From: Vicinamibacterales bacterium
GTDB taxonomy: Bacteria; Acidobacteriota; Vicinamibacteria; Vicinamibacterales; JAMQPK01
Assembly (NCBI GenBank): GCA_963821395.1
Contig: CAWGDY010000011.1
Span: 124,769 to 188,768, forward strand
Reading direction: 5' to 3'
Length of the DNA stretch: 64,000 bases
Shown: piece after piece, positions 20,874-30,351 of the stretch
How the letters are laid out: each line of letters starts with the position of its first letter
Numbering within the stretch: position 1 is the stretch's first letter
The notes under the pieces: model-generated
Told to the model about the DNA's origin: nothing
Databases searched by the model: none
Seen by the model: only the letters and a program-made list of their open reading frames with translations
Translations under genes and position numbers: made by a program

Positions 20874-22385
20874 CTATACCGGCGTCTGCAGCTCGGGCAT
20901 CGGCTTGCCGACGAACAGCCTTCGACAGGGCTTCGCGAGCATTCGTGCCATTCGCTCAGATCTGGCGTGCCGCGCGCTGTCGGTGGCGATACCGGTATTG
21001 GCGTACATCTGCCGATAGAGCTTCGAGCACAGCACGAAGCCGAGGCGATTCTTCAGCGACTTCACTGCTCGCGATCGGCGCCAGATGTGCGACAGGCTGT
21101 AAAACTCGTCCCAGACCCACTGGGTGCGGTCGCGAATGTCCTCTGGCGAAAGCGTGGGATGCGGGGTGTACACCTTCGGCCGGCGTGCCTGCGGGATCAG
21201 CCAGTGGCGCGTGATCGGAATGCCATCCACCGCCTCCGCATCCTTTTTCTTCGTCTGCCCCAGCTCCCACTTGGCAAAATCCACGGTGCCGGGGAACGGC
21301 GTCAGCATGACGAACTGCGCGAAGGTCACGTCCGCTTTCAGCGCGAGCGCAACGGTGGCGCTGAAGGTATCGGCGCGATCGCTGGGCAGACCGAAGATAA
21401 AAGACCCGAGCACGTGGATGCCGTGCTGCTTGAACTGCTGCAGCCTCGTGACGAGGGCGTCGCCATACAGGTTGAAGCCCTTGTACACGTCCTTGAGGCC
21501 TTCAGCCGTCACCGATTCGACGCCGACCAGCGCGCCCTTGATGCGCGCTTTGTGCATCGCATCGAGAAAATCAGAGTCCTCGGCGGCCTCCATCGTGATC
21601 TGGGTGAAGAAATTCATGTCGCTCGGCAGTTTCGCCAGGCGTTCCATCAGCTCGAAGCGCTCGGCGCGCAGTCTCTTGAGCTCGTCGAGGCGGTGATGAT
21701 CGGCACGCCGCGAGGCCTGCTCGAGATCCTCGAGTGTCACGGGGTAGAAGTTGTCGTCCGCGAGCGCGATGAAACGGAATCCGAGACGCCGCAAATCCAC
21801 GATTTCCTCGAGCACGGCATCGACGGTGCGCTGACGCGGCTCCTGCCCGTCGGTTTTCCACACGGAGCAGAACGAGCAGTGCTTCGGGCAGCCGCGCACC
21901 GTCTGCACCGACGCCCACATGTACCGGTCGGGCGGCAGCAGATCCCAGCGGGCCTTCAGAAATTGACCGGCTTCGATCTTCCCGCCTTCGTAGACCTTCG
22001 TGGTGCTGCCGTTGAGGCACCCGTCGATGGCCTGTCCCCACGCGACGTCGCCATCGCCTTTGACGACCGCGTGGCCCGCTCCGAGGTCCATGGCCTCCTC
22101 GGGGTAGAGCGTGGCATGGATGCCGCCGTACACGACCCACGCCCCGCGCGTCCGGGCAAGGTGGCCGACTTCGTATCCGCGCAGCGCGTTGCCCGTATGG
22201 ATGCCGATGCCGACGACGTCGCCCGCGGCGATCGAGTCCGGGTCGAATTGTTCGAGCGTTTCATCGGTGATCACCGGATCGCCGTAGCGCTCAGGGGTGG
22301 CTGCTGCTAACACAAAGAGCCAGCGTGGGGTGATGACGGCAATGCCGAAAGACACGTGGCTCGGGTTGATCAGATGTATGCGCAT
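20874..22385 (-). CDS. B12-binding-domain radical SAM protein
   Basis: N-terminal cobalamin-binding-like region (VVYGGIHATLYPEEA), RGCPKHCSFC (CxxxCxxC), DDNF, GVES and TPFPGT. Confidence 0.88.
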   Translation of the reverse strand: MRIHLINPSHVSFGIAVITPRWLFVLAAATPERYGDPVITDETLEQFDPDSIAAGDVVGIGIHTGNALRGYEVGHLARTRGAWVVYGGIHATLYPEEAMDLGAGHAVVKGDGDVAWGQAIDGCLNGSTTKVYEGGKIEAGQFLKARWDLLPPDRYMWASVQTVRGCPKHCSFCSVWKTDGQEPRQRTVDAVLEEIVDLRRLGFRFIALADDNFYPVTLEDLEQASRRADHHRLDELKRLRAERFELMERLAKLPSDMNFFTQITMEAAEDSDFLDAMHKARIKGALVGVESVTAEGLKDVYKGFNLYGDALVTRLQQFKQHGIHVLGSFIFGLPSDRADTFSATVALALKADVTFAQFVMLTPFPGTVDFAKWELGQTKKKDAEAVDGIPITRHWLIPQARRPKVYTPHPTLSPEDIRDRTQWVWDEFYSLSHIWRRSRAVKSLKNRLGFVLCSKLYRQMYANTGIATDSARHARSERMARMLAKPCRRLFVGKPMPELQTPV

Positions 22386-22417
22386 TGAGACCTATCAGAA
22401 GTGTCGGTGGTAGACCC

Positions 22418-24684
22418 CTAGAACTCCAACGAGAAGCCCGCCGACGGGATGATCGGGAACATCGAGTCGAACAGGCCGAACACCTGGAGCGTGTTGGGGT
22501 TGATGCCCGGCGAAGACGCGCGGACGTTGTCGCGGTCGTAGATATTCAGCGCTTCCGCGAACACCGTGAGGCGCGTGGTGCGCCAGGTGAACGTGCGGTT
22601 CGCGCGAATATCGAGACGGGTGTACACAGGAACGCGTAGATCGTTGCGGGTGCTGCGTCAGGAAGTACCTTTCGTTGCCGCGCGATTCGTAATAGCCGGG
22701 AACGGGAAAGTTGCTCCCGGCCCGGAAACGTGTGCTGAAGCTCATCCGATCGCTCAACCGATACACCCCATACACGTTCAGCGTGTGCTGCTGATCGTAG
22801 TCGGCTGAAAAGTCCTCGCCGGTCAGCGTGTTTCGGTATTTTGTGAATGCCACATTGTACGCGATCCAGCCGGACAATCCGTTTGGAGAATTTCGTTGAA
22901 GCACGATCTCGGCGCCGCGCGACTGACCGTCGAGCGAGTTCTCATACCGTGTTGCGGGTGATGGCAGCACGAGGCGGCCGTTGGAGGCCCGGAACTCGGA
23001 GTTGGGAAGCCATGTGTAGTCCCGGTCCTCACGGTCGTAGACCGAGAACTGCCATTTCGTCGAGCGGCCGAGCGGGGCTTCGACCCCCGCGTCGACGTGA
23101 TACGACCGGAATGCCTTCAGTTCGGCGCCCCGCAGTCCCTTCAGCTCGGCAAAGTCCGGCTCCTGCCGGTAGATGCCGCCGGCGACGCGCGCCGTCAGCG
23201 CATGCGTCAGCGGCCACCGGGTTTGAATCCACGGGGACGCCGATGTGTGGCCCGTGAGCGTGAAATGATCGACGCGGACACCTGGCGCAATCGTCGCGCG
23301 CCCGCGCGACGCCTGCAGGAGCACGTACGACGAAACGGCCGTGGTCGAGGTGCTGTAGTCTTCGCGCACGGCAAACTGCGGTCGAACAAAATCGCGCGCC
23401 TGGGCGAACTGCGATCCACGCGTATGCCGCGCTTCGCCCCCGCCCTCGAACGTGAGGCCGGGCGTGCGCTGAAAGGTCCAGTCGGCGCGGTACATCAGCT
23501 CGCTGTGACGCCCGCGGTGCAGCTCGAGACCTTCGAGATTGTCGTTGCTGAACTTGTTGGCGGTGCCGGCAATCCTCTGCGTCAGCGACAAACCGCGGTG
23601 ACGCGAGAAATCGCCACGTGACGACCGCGACGCCGATGTCGTTCACCCCTTCCTGCACATCGTCGACGTCGATGCGCTCGGCGTCCTGTTCCAGGCGAGA
23701 CCGGCCGGCGGTGATCGCAAACTGGACCTGGTGCCGCGCTTTGACGTCGCGCACCAGCTTCACCTGAAAATCGTGGAACCCGAAGCCGAAGGTGTTTTCG
23801 GGATCGATGCGGTGAATGACCGCGCCCAGGTAGCTCTTTCGCGCCGACAGCAGCCACGACCCGCGCCTGGTCGAGCCCAGCGGGCCCTCGAGGACGACCG
23901 ACGTGTCCGTCATGCTGGGGCGGACGTGGCCCCTGAGTCGATCGCGCGAGCCTTCACGGACCAGAAAGTTCAACTCGGCTCCGGTGTGGTTGCCGTGCCG
24001 CTCGGCGTACGCGCCAGGCGCCAGCGCGATTTCCTCGAGCACGTCGCCGTTGACCATCGCAATCGAGCCGCCGTCCTGTACGCCCTGCACGGTGTGCACC
24101 AGCAGCGGCGTCGAAATGCCTTCGAACGTGAAGTTCATGTTGCGAACCGGAAGACCGCGGACGCTGAACTCGCTGCGCAGGTCGTCGCCGGTCGCGACCC
24201 CCGGCAGCACGTGAATGGCGCGCATCGGATCGTTGGTGATCACGCCGCGAAGCTGCTGCAGCTCGTTGCTGCGGAGCACCTGCCCGCCGCCGGCGGCTCG
24301 CGCGTCAGCTCCGGCCGCCGAGCTCACGTTCACCGTTTCTGTGTACGTGCCCGTTCCCGCGGCGATGGGAATCGTGATCTCCAGCACCTCGCCGGCGGGA
24401 ATCTCGACGCCGCGGCGTGTCAGCACGAAATCGACGGCCGACACATACAGCTCGCGGTGGCCCGAGGGGACGTTCTCGAGCAGGAACCGGCCGTCGCTCG
24501 TCGTAATCGTCACGAGCGGGGTGTCCTGAATGCGCACCGAGACTTTTTCGAGCGGCGTGCCGTCGCGGGCGTCGACGACCGTGCCCTGTAACGTGCCGGT
24601 CGTTTGCGCTCGTGCGACCGCGCCACCAGCAACCGCAATGCACAGGGCGAGCGTGACGACCGATGCTGGGTGAGCTCTGGCCAT
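22418..24684 (-). CDS. TonB-dependent receptor (frameshifts near 23590 and 22655)
   Basis: Carboxypeptidase-like N-domain, DPMRAIHVLPGV plug, GSWLLSARKSY, C-terminal PSAGFSLEF. Split over three ORFs. Confidence 0.8.
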
Positions 24685-24720
24685 GAGGTGATGAACTATG
24701 AACGTCGAGATAGCCGGCTG

Positions 24721-24736
24721 TGCAGAGGATATGCCA
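24721..24736 (-). promoter_or_regulatory. Putative sigma54 promoter of the TonB receptor
   Basis: Minus strand TGGCAT-ATCCT-CTGCA, 36 nt upstream of the ATG at 24684. Confidence 0.5.
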
Positions 24737-24923
24737 GATGGAGGATCGGTGATTGCCTTGGATAGGCGGGGGATGACGGCCGGGATGACCGGTTTATCGG
24801 ACGAGTGTCTCCGGGAATCTGGTCAGCTCATCGACGCCGGTTGATCGAGGAAGGATCGGTGCCGGCACGCGCCGTCTTCGCTGAGAAGAATCGGCGGCAT
24901 GCCGGCGATCTGCAGTGCAGCTG

Positions 24924-26504
24924 CTACTTGGGTAGACTGTCTTTCGCCTTCTTCGCGGCGCCCTCCAGCGCTTCGGCCAGCGACGCGTCGAAAGACGGAC
25001 CCTCTGATGCACCCGACGAGCCGGTGGCCATCGCGTCCATCATGAACATCGCCGCACCGGCGGTCCGATCGAAGGTCCGGCCTGTGCCCATGACTCCCGC
25101 ACCCTGCATTTGCATCAACATGGGATTGCCCACCATGCCCATGCCGCCCATGTTCATCATCGACATCGTGTTCATCGCGGCAAGCGGGCTCGCATAGCGA
25201 AGGTACATCATGGCCGCGGCGCGCGCGAGCCGAAGGCCGGTCTTGAAGCCGATGCCGCCGTCGTTGCCTTCGGTGGTGGTCGTCAGGCGCGGCTTGCCGC
25301 CGCCGACCGGCATGAGCTGCACGTTCAGTTTGGCTTCGGTGACGTCCTTGTCGGTTGATTCGCCGGCAGTCTTCTTCACCAGCCGTCCGATGCGTCCGGG
25401 CTTCGATGCCTTGAGATCGGTAATCTGCGCGACCAGCAGGTAGTCGCACCCCAGCTCTTTCGCGTGCGCGGTCAGCTCGTCCGGCGATGCGGCGGCGAGC
25501 GGGATGCCTTCCATTTTCTGCTCGGCCAGTTCGGCGATGAGCTGCGTCCGCAGGGCGCGCGTGTCGACCTGTTGCGTCGTCTTGTTGACGAGCTCGGGCA
25601 CGGCCACGCGAACCATGCCGGGCTTTTTCGCCGGTGCCGCTGCGGCCGGTGTCGACGCCAGCTTCACTTCGTTCGCATCGCTCACCGCCTTGGCGAGCTC
25701 GCGGCGGTTGGTCGCTTCGGTCAGGCCCGCGGGGATGTCGAACAGCGAATCGTCGAGGTTCGTGATCTCGAACTCGGTCACTTCCATCTTCATCACGGTG
25801 GGCTTGCCGTCGGCGCCGGGCACCGTGGCCGAGTAGCTGATGGGGAAGCCGATCAGCTTGTTGTCACCGGTGATGTTCACCTTGACGGTGTCTTGGCAGG
25901 CGGCGGCACTTGGGGTCGAGAGGACGGTGGGCGGTTGTGCCGCCACCACCTTCGGCGCGTCGATGTACCACGCGTCGGTCTCCATCTTCTGCTTCATCTG
26001 ATCGCAGGCGCCGGCCTGTGGCTGCCGGTCGAGCACCGTCACGACACGGCGCGCTTCCTGTCCGAACATCGTCTTGCGCTCGCCGACGTCGGCAATGGAC
26101 GTCTCGACGACCACGACGCCCGTGCCCGTTGCGGCCTCGGGCGTGGGCTCGGCATCCGGCATGATCAGATAGGTGTTGGAGGACCGACTAATCTGCACGG
26201 AGCGCTTCAGGTCGTGCTGGCGGATGAGGATGTTGTCGGTCATCTCGTACCGTTCGCGATTGCCGCGAATGTACGTGACGCTCTCGGTCACCTGCTCGCC
26301 GGTCGTGTACGTGGCCTTGAATCGAATGTCGGAGGGCGGTGGAGGCGGGGGCGGCACCGGCTTGGTCGCCGGCGCTGGTTTCGTCGTGGGTGCAGGAGGG
26401 GCCGGCTTGCGCGTGGTCGGCGCGGGCTTTTTCCCGGCCTGTGCGAACGCGGCCGTTGGAGAAAGAACAAGGGCCAGTAGCAGGGCGATCGCGGTCTTGC
26501 GCAT
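24924..26504 (-). CDS. Exported hypothetical protein (Pro-rich linker, beta-rich DUF4412-like domain, alpha/beta domain with Met/Gly-rich insert)
   Basis: 526-aa ORF with signal peptide (AFA); LDDSLFDIPAG is a DUF4412-like end motif. Confidence 0.7.
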   Translation of the reverse strand: MRKTAIALLLALVLSPTAAFAQAGKKPAPTTRKPAPPAPTTKPAPATKPVPPPPPPPSDIRFKATYTTGEQVTESVTYIRGNRERYEMTDNILIRQHDLKRSVQISRSSNTYLIMPDAEPTPEAATGTGVVVVETSIADVGERKTMFGQEARRVVTVLDRQPQAGACDQMKQKMETDAWYIDAPKVVAAQPPTVLSTPSAAACQDTVKVNITGDNKLIGFPISYSATVPGADGKPTVMKMEVTEFEITNLDDSLFDIPAGLTEATNRRELAKAVSDANEVKLASTPAAAAPAKKPGMVRVAVPELVNKTTQQVDTRALRTQLIAELAEQKMEGIPLAAASPDELTAHAKELGCDYLLVAQITDLKASKPGRIGRLVKKTAGESTDKDVTEAKLNVQLMPVGGGKPRLTTTTEGNDGGIGFKTGLRLARAAAMMYLRYASPLAAMNTMSMMNMGGMGMVGNPMLMQMQGAGVMGTGRTFDRTAGAAMFMMDAMATGSSGASEGPSFDASLAEALEGAAKKAKDSLPK

Positions 26505-26655
26505 TTCAGCACCTCAAGAAACGAAGGTGGCCAGCGAGTGGCGCCGGGGGTTACAGGGAAATCGGTCCTACTTCTCTACGCGCAGAACGGGCTCGATCGG
26601 GACCATTGGGCCCGGGACGCAGCCATCCTACAGGACAACGAGGGGCGCCGCTACA

Positions 26656-27452
26656 ATGAACGCCGTGTCACAGGAATTGCGCTTGATGTGCGTGCTCGCC
26701 CACCCCGACGACGAATCCCTCGGCACGGGCGGGGTCCTCGCCAGGTATTCGGCCGAGGGGGTGGCTACATACGTGGTGACGGCCACTCGGGGGCAGAGGG
26801 GCCGGTTCGACGACAAAGGAACGAAGCCCGGGACCGAAATCGTCGGGCGGACGCGGGAGGGAGAACTGCGTGCGGCGGCGCGCGAGCTTGGCGTCCGCGA
26901 GGTGGTCCTGCTCGACTACATGGACGCGGAGCTCGACGCGGTGGACCCCGTCGAGGCTTCAGAAGAGATCGCCAGGCAGATTCGCCGGATCAAGCCGCAG
27001 GTCGTCGTCACCTTCGATCCGTTCGGCGCCTACGGCCATCCCGATCACATCGCGATTTCGCAGCTGACCGCGGCCGCCCTGACGCGGGCCGCGGACGAGC
27101 ATCAGGTGTCGAAGTTCTACTATTTCGTCAACGGCGAGCGGAAGTGGGCCGCGTATCAGGCGGCGTTCAAACAACTGACATCGAACGTCGACGGCACCGT
27201 GCGCGTGGCGACGGCATGGCCCGACTGGTCGATTACGACGAAGGTCGACGCGCGGGATATGTGGCAGACGGTGTGGCGGGCGGTCCAATGCCACAAGACC
27301 CAGATGAGCATCTACCGGAACATCGGGAATCTCACCGAAGACGATCAGAAAGTCATCTGGGGAACCGGCGAGTTCTATCGCGTCTTCACCCGCGTCAATG
27401 GCGGAAGGGAATCGAGACCGATCTGTTTCAAGGAATAAGAAATAGGGATTAG
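26656..27452 (+). CDS. PIG-L/MshB family deacetylase (possible GTG start at 26665; frameshift near 27405)
   Basis: AHPDDE, TATRG and GAYGHPDH motifs; the conserved-looking ETDLF tail is in the frame ending at 27452. Confidence 0.85.
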
Positions 27453-27470
27453 GGATTGGGGATAGGGAAT
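27442..27470. repeat. Heptamer array (gggatta)-type
   Basis: atagggattagggattggggatagggaat; same unit as at 20462. Confidence 0.75.
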
Positions 27471-27477
27471 CGAAATC

Positions 27478-28956
27478 ATGGCCCGCAAAGCTCCGCTGAA
27501 GATGACACCCGACGAGTTCCGCGCCGCGGGACATCGGCTCGTCGATCGCATCGCCGAACGCCTCGCGCGCATTCCACAGGGACCGGTGAAGCCCGCGGAG
27601 ACGCCGGAGGACCTTCGGGCGGCGCTGAAGATCGATCGTCCGCTCCCCGAGGGTGGCGCCGATGCGGCGACGCTTCTCGACGAGGCGGTCGAGTTGCTGT
27701 TCGACCATTCGACGCTCAACGGGCATCCCCGATTCATGGGTTACATCACGTCGAGCCCGGCGCCGATCGGCATACTGGGAGATTTCCTGGCCGCCGCCGT
27801 GAACCCGAATATCGGCGGGTACGCGATCGGTCCTGCCGCCACCGAAATCGAGCGGCAGACGGTGCGGTGGATCGCGGAGTTCATCGGGTTTCCATCCGAC
27901 GCCGGCGGCCTGCTGGTGAGCGGCGGCAACATGGCGAACTTCGTGTGCTTCCTCGCCGCGCGCACCGCGAAGGCGGGACTTGACGTACGCAAGACGGGCC
28001 TTGCCGGGCGGGAGCGTGCGACATCGCCGCTGCTTGTGTATGCGTCCGCCGAAACGCACACCTGGATTCAGAAAGCCGCCGATCTGTTCGGCCTCGGCAC
28101 GGATGCGATCCGATGGATTCCGGCCGACGACCATCAGCGAATGAAGACCGCCGATCTTCGGCGGCAAATCGAGCTCGATCGGAAGAACGGCGGATGTCCC
28201 TTCATCGTGGTGGGCACGGCCGGCTCGGTCAGCACCGGCGCGGTCGACCCGCTGCCCGAGATTCGGTCGATCTGCCGCGAGCACGACTTGTGGTTCCACG
28301 TCGATGGTGCATACGGTGCGCTGGCCGCGCGGATTCCGGACGTTCCGGCGGATCTGCGCGCGCTCTCCGAGGCCGATTCGGTCGCGGTCGATCCGCACAA
28401 GTGGCTGTACGCGCCGCTCGAAGCCGGTTGCGTGCTCGTGCGGAATCCGTTGGATCTCCGCAACGCGTTCTCGTATCACCCGCCGTACTACGTGTTCAGG
28501 GACGACGTCGTGAACTTCGTGGATTACGGGTTGCAGAATTCGCGCGGGTTCCGCGCGCTGAAGGTATGGCTGGCGCTGCAGCACATCGGCCGCACGGGCT
28601 ACGAGGCCTCGATCGCCGACGACATCCGGCTGTCGCAAAAGCTTGCGGCCGCGCTGCGGGCCCATGGCGACTTCGAGGTCCTGACACAGAACCTGAGCAT
28701 CACGACGTTCCGTTACGTGCCGAAGGATCTTCGTTCGCGCCTTGGAGAGGCGAGCGTGGAGGAGCGGCTGAACCAGCTGAATCGCGATCTGCTCGCCGAG
28801 GTCGAGAAGAGCGGCGAGGCGTTCTTCTCGAATGCCGTGATCGACGGCAGGTTCGTCCTGCGCGCGTGTATCGTGAACTTCAACACGACCGACGAGGACA
28901 TCGACGCGTTGCCGGCGCTCGTCGCGCGCCTGCAGAAAGAACGAATGGCGTACTGA
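27478..28956 (+). CDS. Group II PLP-dependent (aromatic/diaminobutyrate-type) amino-acid decarboxylase
   Basis: HPRFMGY, SGGNMAN, GTAGSVSTGAVD, HVDGAYG, DPHKW (PLP lysine) and SRGFRALKVW. Confidence 0.9.
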   Translation: MARKAPLKMTPDEFRAAGHRLVDRIAERLARIPQGPVKPAETPEDLRAALKIDRPLPEGGADAATLLDEAVELLFDHSTLNGHPRFMGYITSSPAPIGILGDFLAAAVNPNIGGYAIGPAATEIERQTVRWIAEFIGFPSDAGGLLVSGGNMANFVCFLAARTAKAGLDVRKTGLAGRERATSPLLVYASAETHTWIQKAADLFGLGTDAIRWIPADDHQRMKTADLRRQIELDRKNGGCPFIVVGTAGSVSTGAVDPLPEIRSICREHDLWFHVDGAYGALAARIPDVPADLRALSEADSVAVDPHKWLYAPLEAGCVLVRNPLDLRNAFSYHPPYYVFRDDVVNFVDYGLQNSRGFRALKVWLALQHIGRTGYEASIADDIRLSQKLAAALRAHGDFEVLTQNLSITTFRYVPKDLRSRLGEASVEERLNQLNRDLLAEVEKSGEAFFSNAVIDGRFVLRACIVNFNTTDEDIDALPALVARLQKERMAY

Positions 28957-29026
28957 ATCCATCGCCCACCGCGAACCCGGAACTGGGAACAGGAACCGGG
29001 AACTGCCTGAGCAATCCAGTGGCACC

Positions 29027-29638
29027 CTACCGATCGTTGCGCGTCACGGCCGCCGATCGGATGACGTCGATCTCGCCGGATCGGAACGACCAGTCACGCT
29101 GGGCGTTCTGACGCAGTTCGGCATTCGACCATCCCGCCCGCATCAGCCCGCTCTCGGCATGGCGATTGGTGTCGAGCAGGAGGTGTCCGATCTCGTGGGC
29201 GATCGCGCGGCCGAGCAGCTGCTGGAAGTCGAGATGCGCGTCGCGGGATACCGTCCGGACGAGGTCGGCGTACACCGTCGCCAGAAACGGCACGCCTTCG
29301 GCGATGTTCACGAGCGCAAACCCCATCGACACGTAACGCTTGCCGGGAAGGGGATTGGCCGCCTGGAGCCGCAGGATGACTTCGTTGGCCTTGAGGGGCT
29401 CGCTGCATTGCGCCGAGGTCCCGGCAATTTCCTTGTCCCGATACCAGCAATCCACCCATGACAGCTCGATGCCGGCGTCGTGGAACACCGCCTCGACGTG
29501 CGGGCGGGCGGCGGAGAGGTCCTCGGGTGACACGCCGAAGTTGTTGTAGGTCCTGACCGTCAGGGTGGTCTGTGCCTGCCCGACGAGGGGGGCCGCCAAC
29601 ACCATCGCCGCGACTGCCCCGAATGCTCTCCAGTTCAT
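29027..29638 (-). CDS. Exported protein with zinc-metallopeptidase-like HExxH motif
   Basis: Signal peptide; AIAHEIGHLLLDTNRHAESGLM gives HExxH, a third His and a Met-turn-like GLM. Confidence 0.7.
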   Translation of the reverse strand: MNWRAFGAVAAMVLAAPLVGQAQTTLTVRTYNNFGVSPEDLSAARPHVEAVFHDAGIELSWVDCWYRDKEIAGTSAQCSEPLKANEVILRLQAANPLPGKRYVSMGFALVNIAEGVPFLATVYADLVRTVSRDAHLDFQQLLGRAIAHEIGHLLLDTNRHAESGLMRAGWSNAELRQNAQRDWSFRSGEIDVIRSAAVTRNDR

Positions 29639-29658
29639 ATTCCGCCTCCTGTTCCCTC

Positions 29659-29686
29659 ACGCGGGAAGGGGCGGAAAACTCACTCA
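29659..29686 (-). promoter_or_regulatory. Putative ECF promoter TGAGTGA-N16-CGCGT for the HExxH gene
   Basis: Minus strand TGAGTGA gttttccgccccttcc CGCGT; same boxes and spacing as 29720-29747. Confidence 0.65.
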
Positions 29687-29719
29687 ACTGCCGTCAAATG
29701 TTGGGTTTGAGGGGAGGCG

Positions 29720-29747
29720 TGAGTGAAAACGAGCACGGATTACGCGT
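29720..29747 (+). promoter_or_regulatory. Putative ECF autoregulatory promoter TGAGTGA-N16-CGCGT
   Basis: TGAGTGA aaacgagcacggatta CGCGT, directly upstream of the ECF gene. Confidence 0.65.
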
Positions 29748-29781
29748 TATAGAAGGATGGGCGTATCCTTTTCCCGAATCA

Positions 29782-30351
29782 GTGGACGCTTCTCGGTCTG
29801 AGGTCACCCGGCTACTCAAGGAGTGGAGCGACGGGCGTCAGGACGCCCTGGACATGCTCCTGCCGCAGATCTATGCCGAGCTGCGCCGGCTGGCGGGCAG
29901 CTATCTGAGGCGGGAGCGCTCCGACCACACCTTGCAGGCCACGGCCCTCGTGCACGAAGCCTTCATCAGGCTGGTCGATCAGCGGGCCGTGCGCTGGCAG
30001 AACCGCGCCCACTTTTTCGGCATCGCGGCACAGGCGATGCGGCGGATTCTGGTGGACCATGCGCGCGCGCATGCGGCCGAAAAGCGGGGCTCGGGCGAGC
30101 GCGCCGTGTCGCTCGACGAAGCCGTCGTCATGGTGGGCGCGCCCGATGTGGATCTGCTCGCCCTGGACGAAGTGCTCACCCGGCTGGCCGCGATCGACCC
30201 TCAACAGAGCCGCGTCGTCGAGCTGCGTTTCTTCGGCGGCCTCACGATGGAGGAGACGGCGGAGGTGATGGACATATCGCCGGCGACCGTCGGCAGGGAA
30301 TGGACGCTCGCCAAGGCGTGGTTGTACGCCGAACTGTCGAGGTCGGAGTGA
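29782..30351 (+). CDS. ECF sigma factor, kinase-associated (ECF43-like / Sigma70_ECF)
   Basis: EVTRLLKEW, YAELRRLA, HTLQATALVHEA, AMRRILVDHAR and VELRFFGGLT. GTGA overlap with the kinase gene. Start could be ATG 29757 if one T is an error. Confidence 0.9.
   Translation: MDASRSEVTRLLKEWSDGRQDALDMLLPQIYAELRRLAGSYLRRERSDHTLQATALVHEAFIRLVDQRAVRWQNRAHFFGIAAQAMRRILVDHARAHAAEKRGSGERAVSLDEAVVMVGAPDVDLLALDEVLTRLAAIDPQQSRVVELRFFGGLTMEETAEVMDISPATVGREWTLAKAWLYAELSRSE

Noticed and set aside
20874-22385. RiPP biosynthetic cluster
   Set aside because: No SPASM or RRE domain and no co-oriented precursor; the neighbouring small ORF is convergent and inside a repeat cassette.
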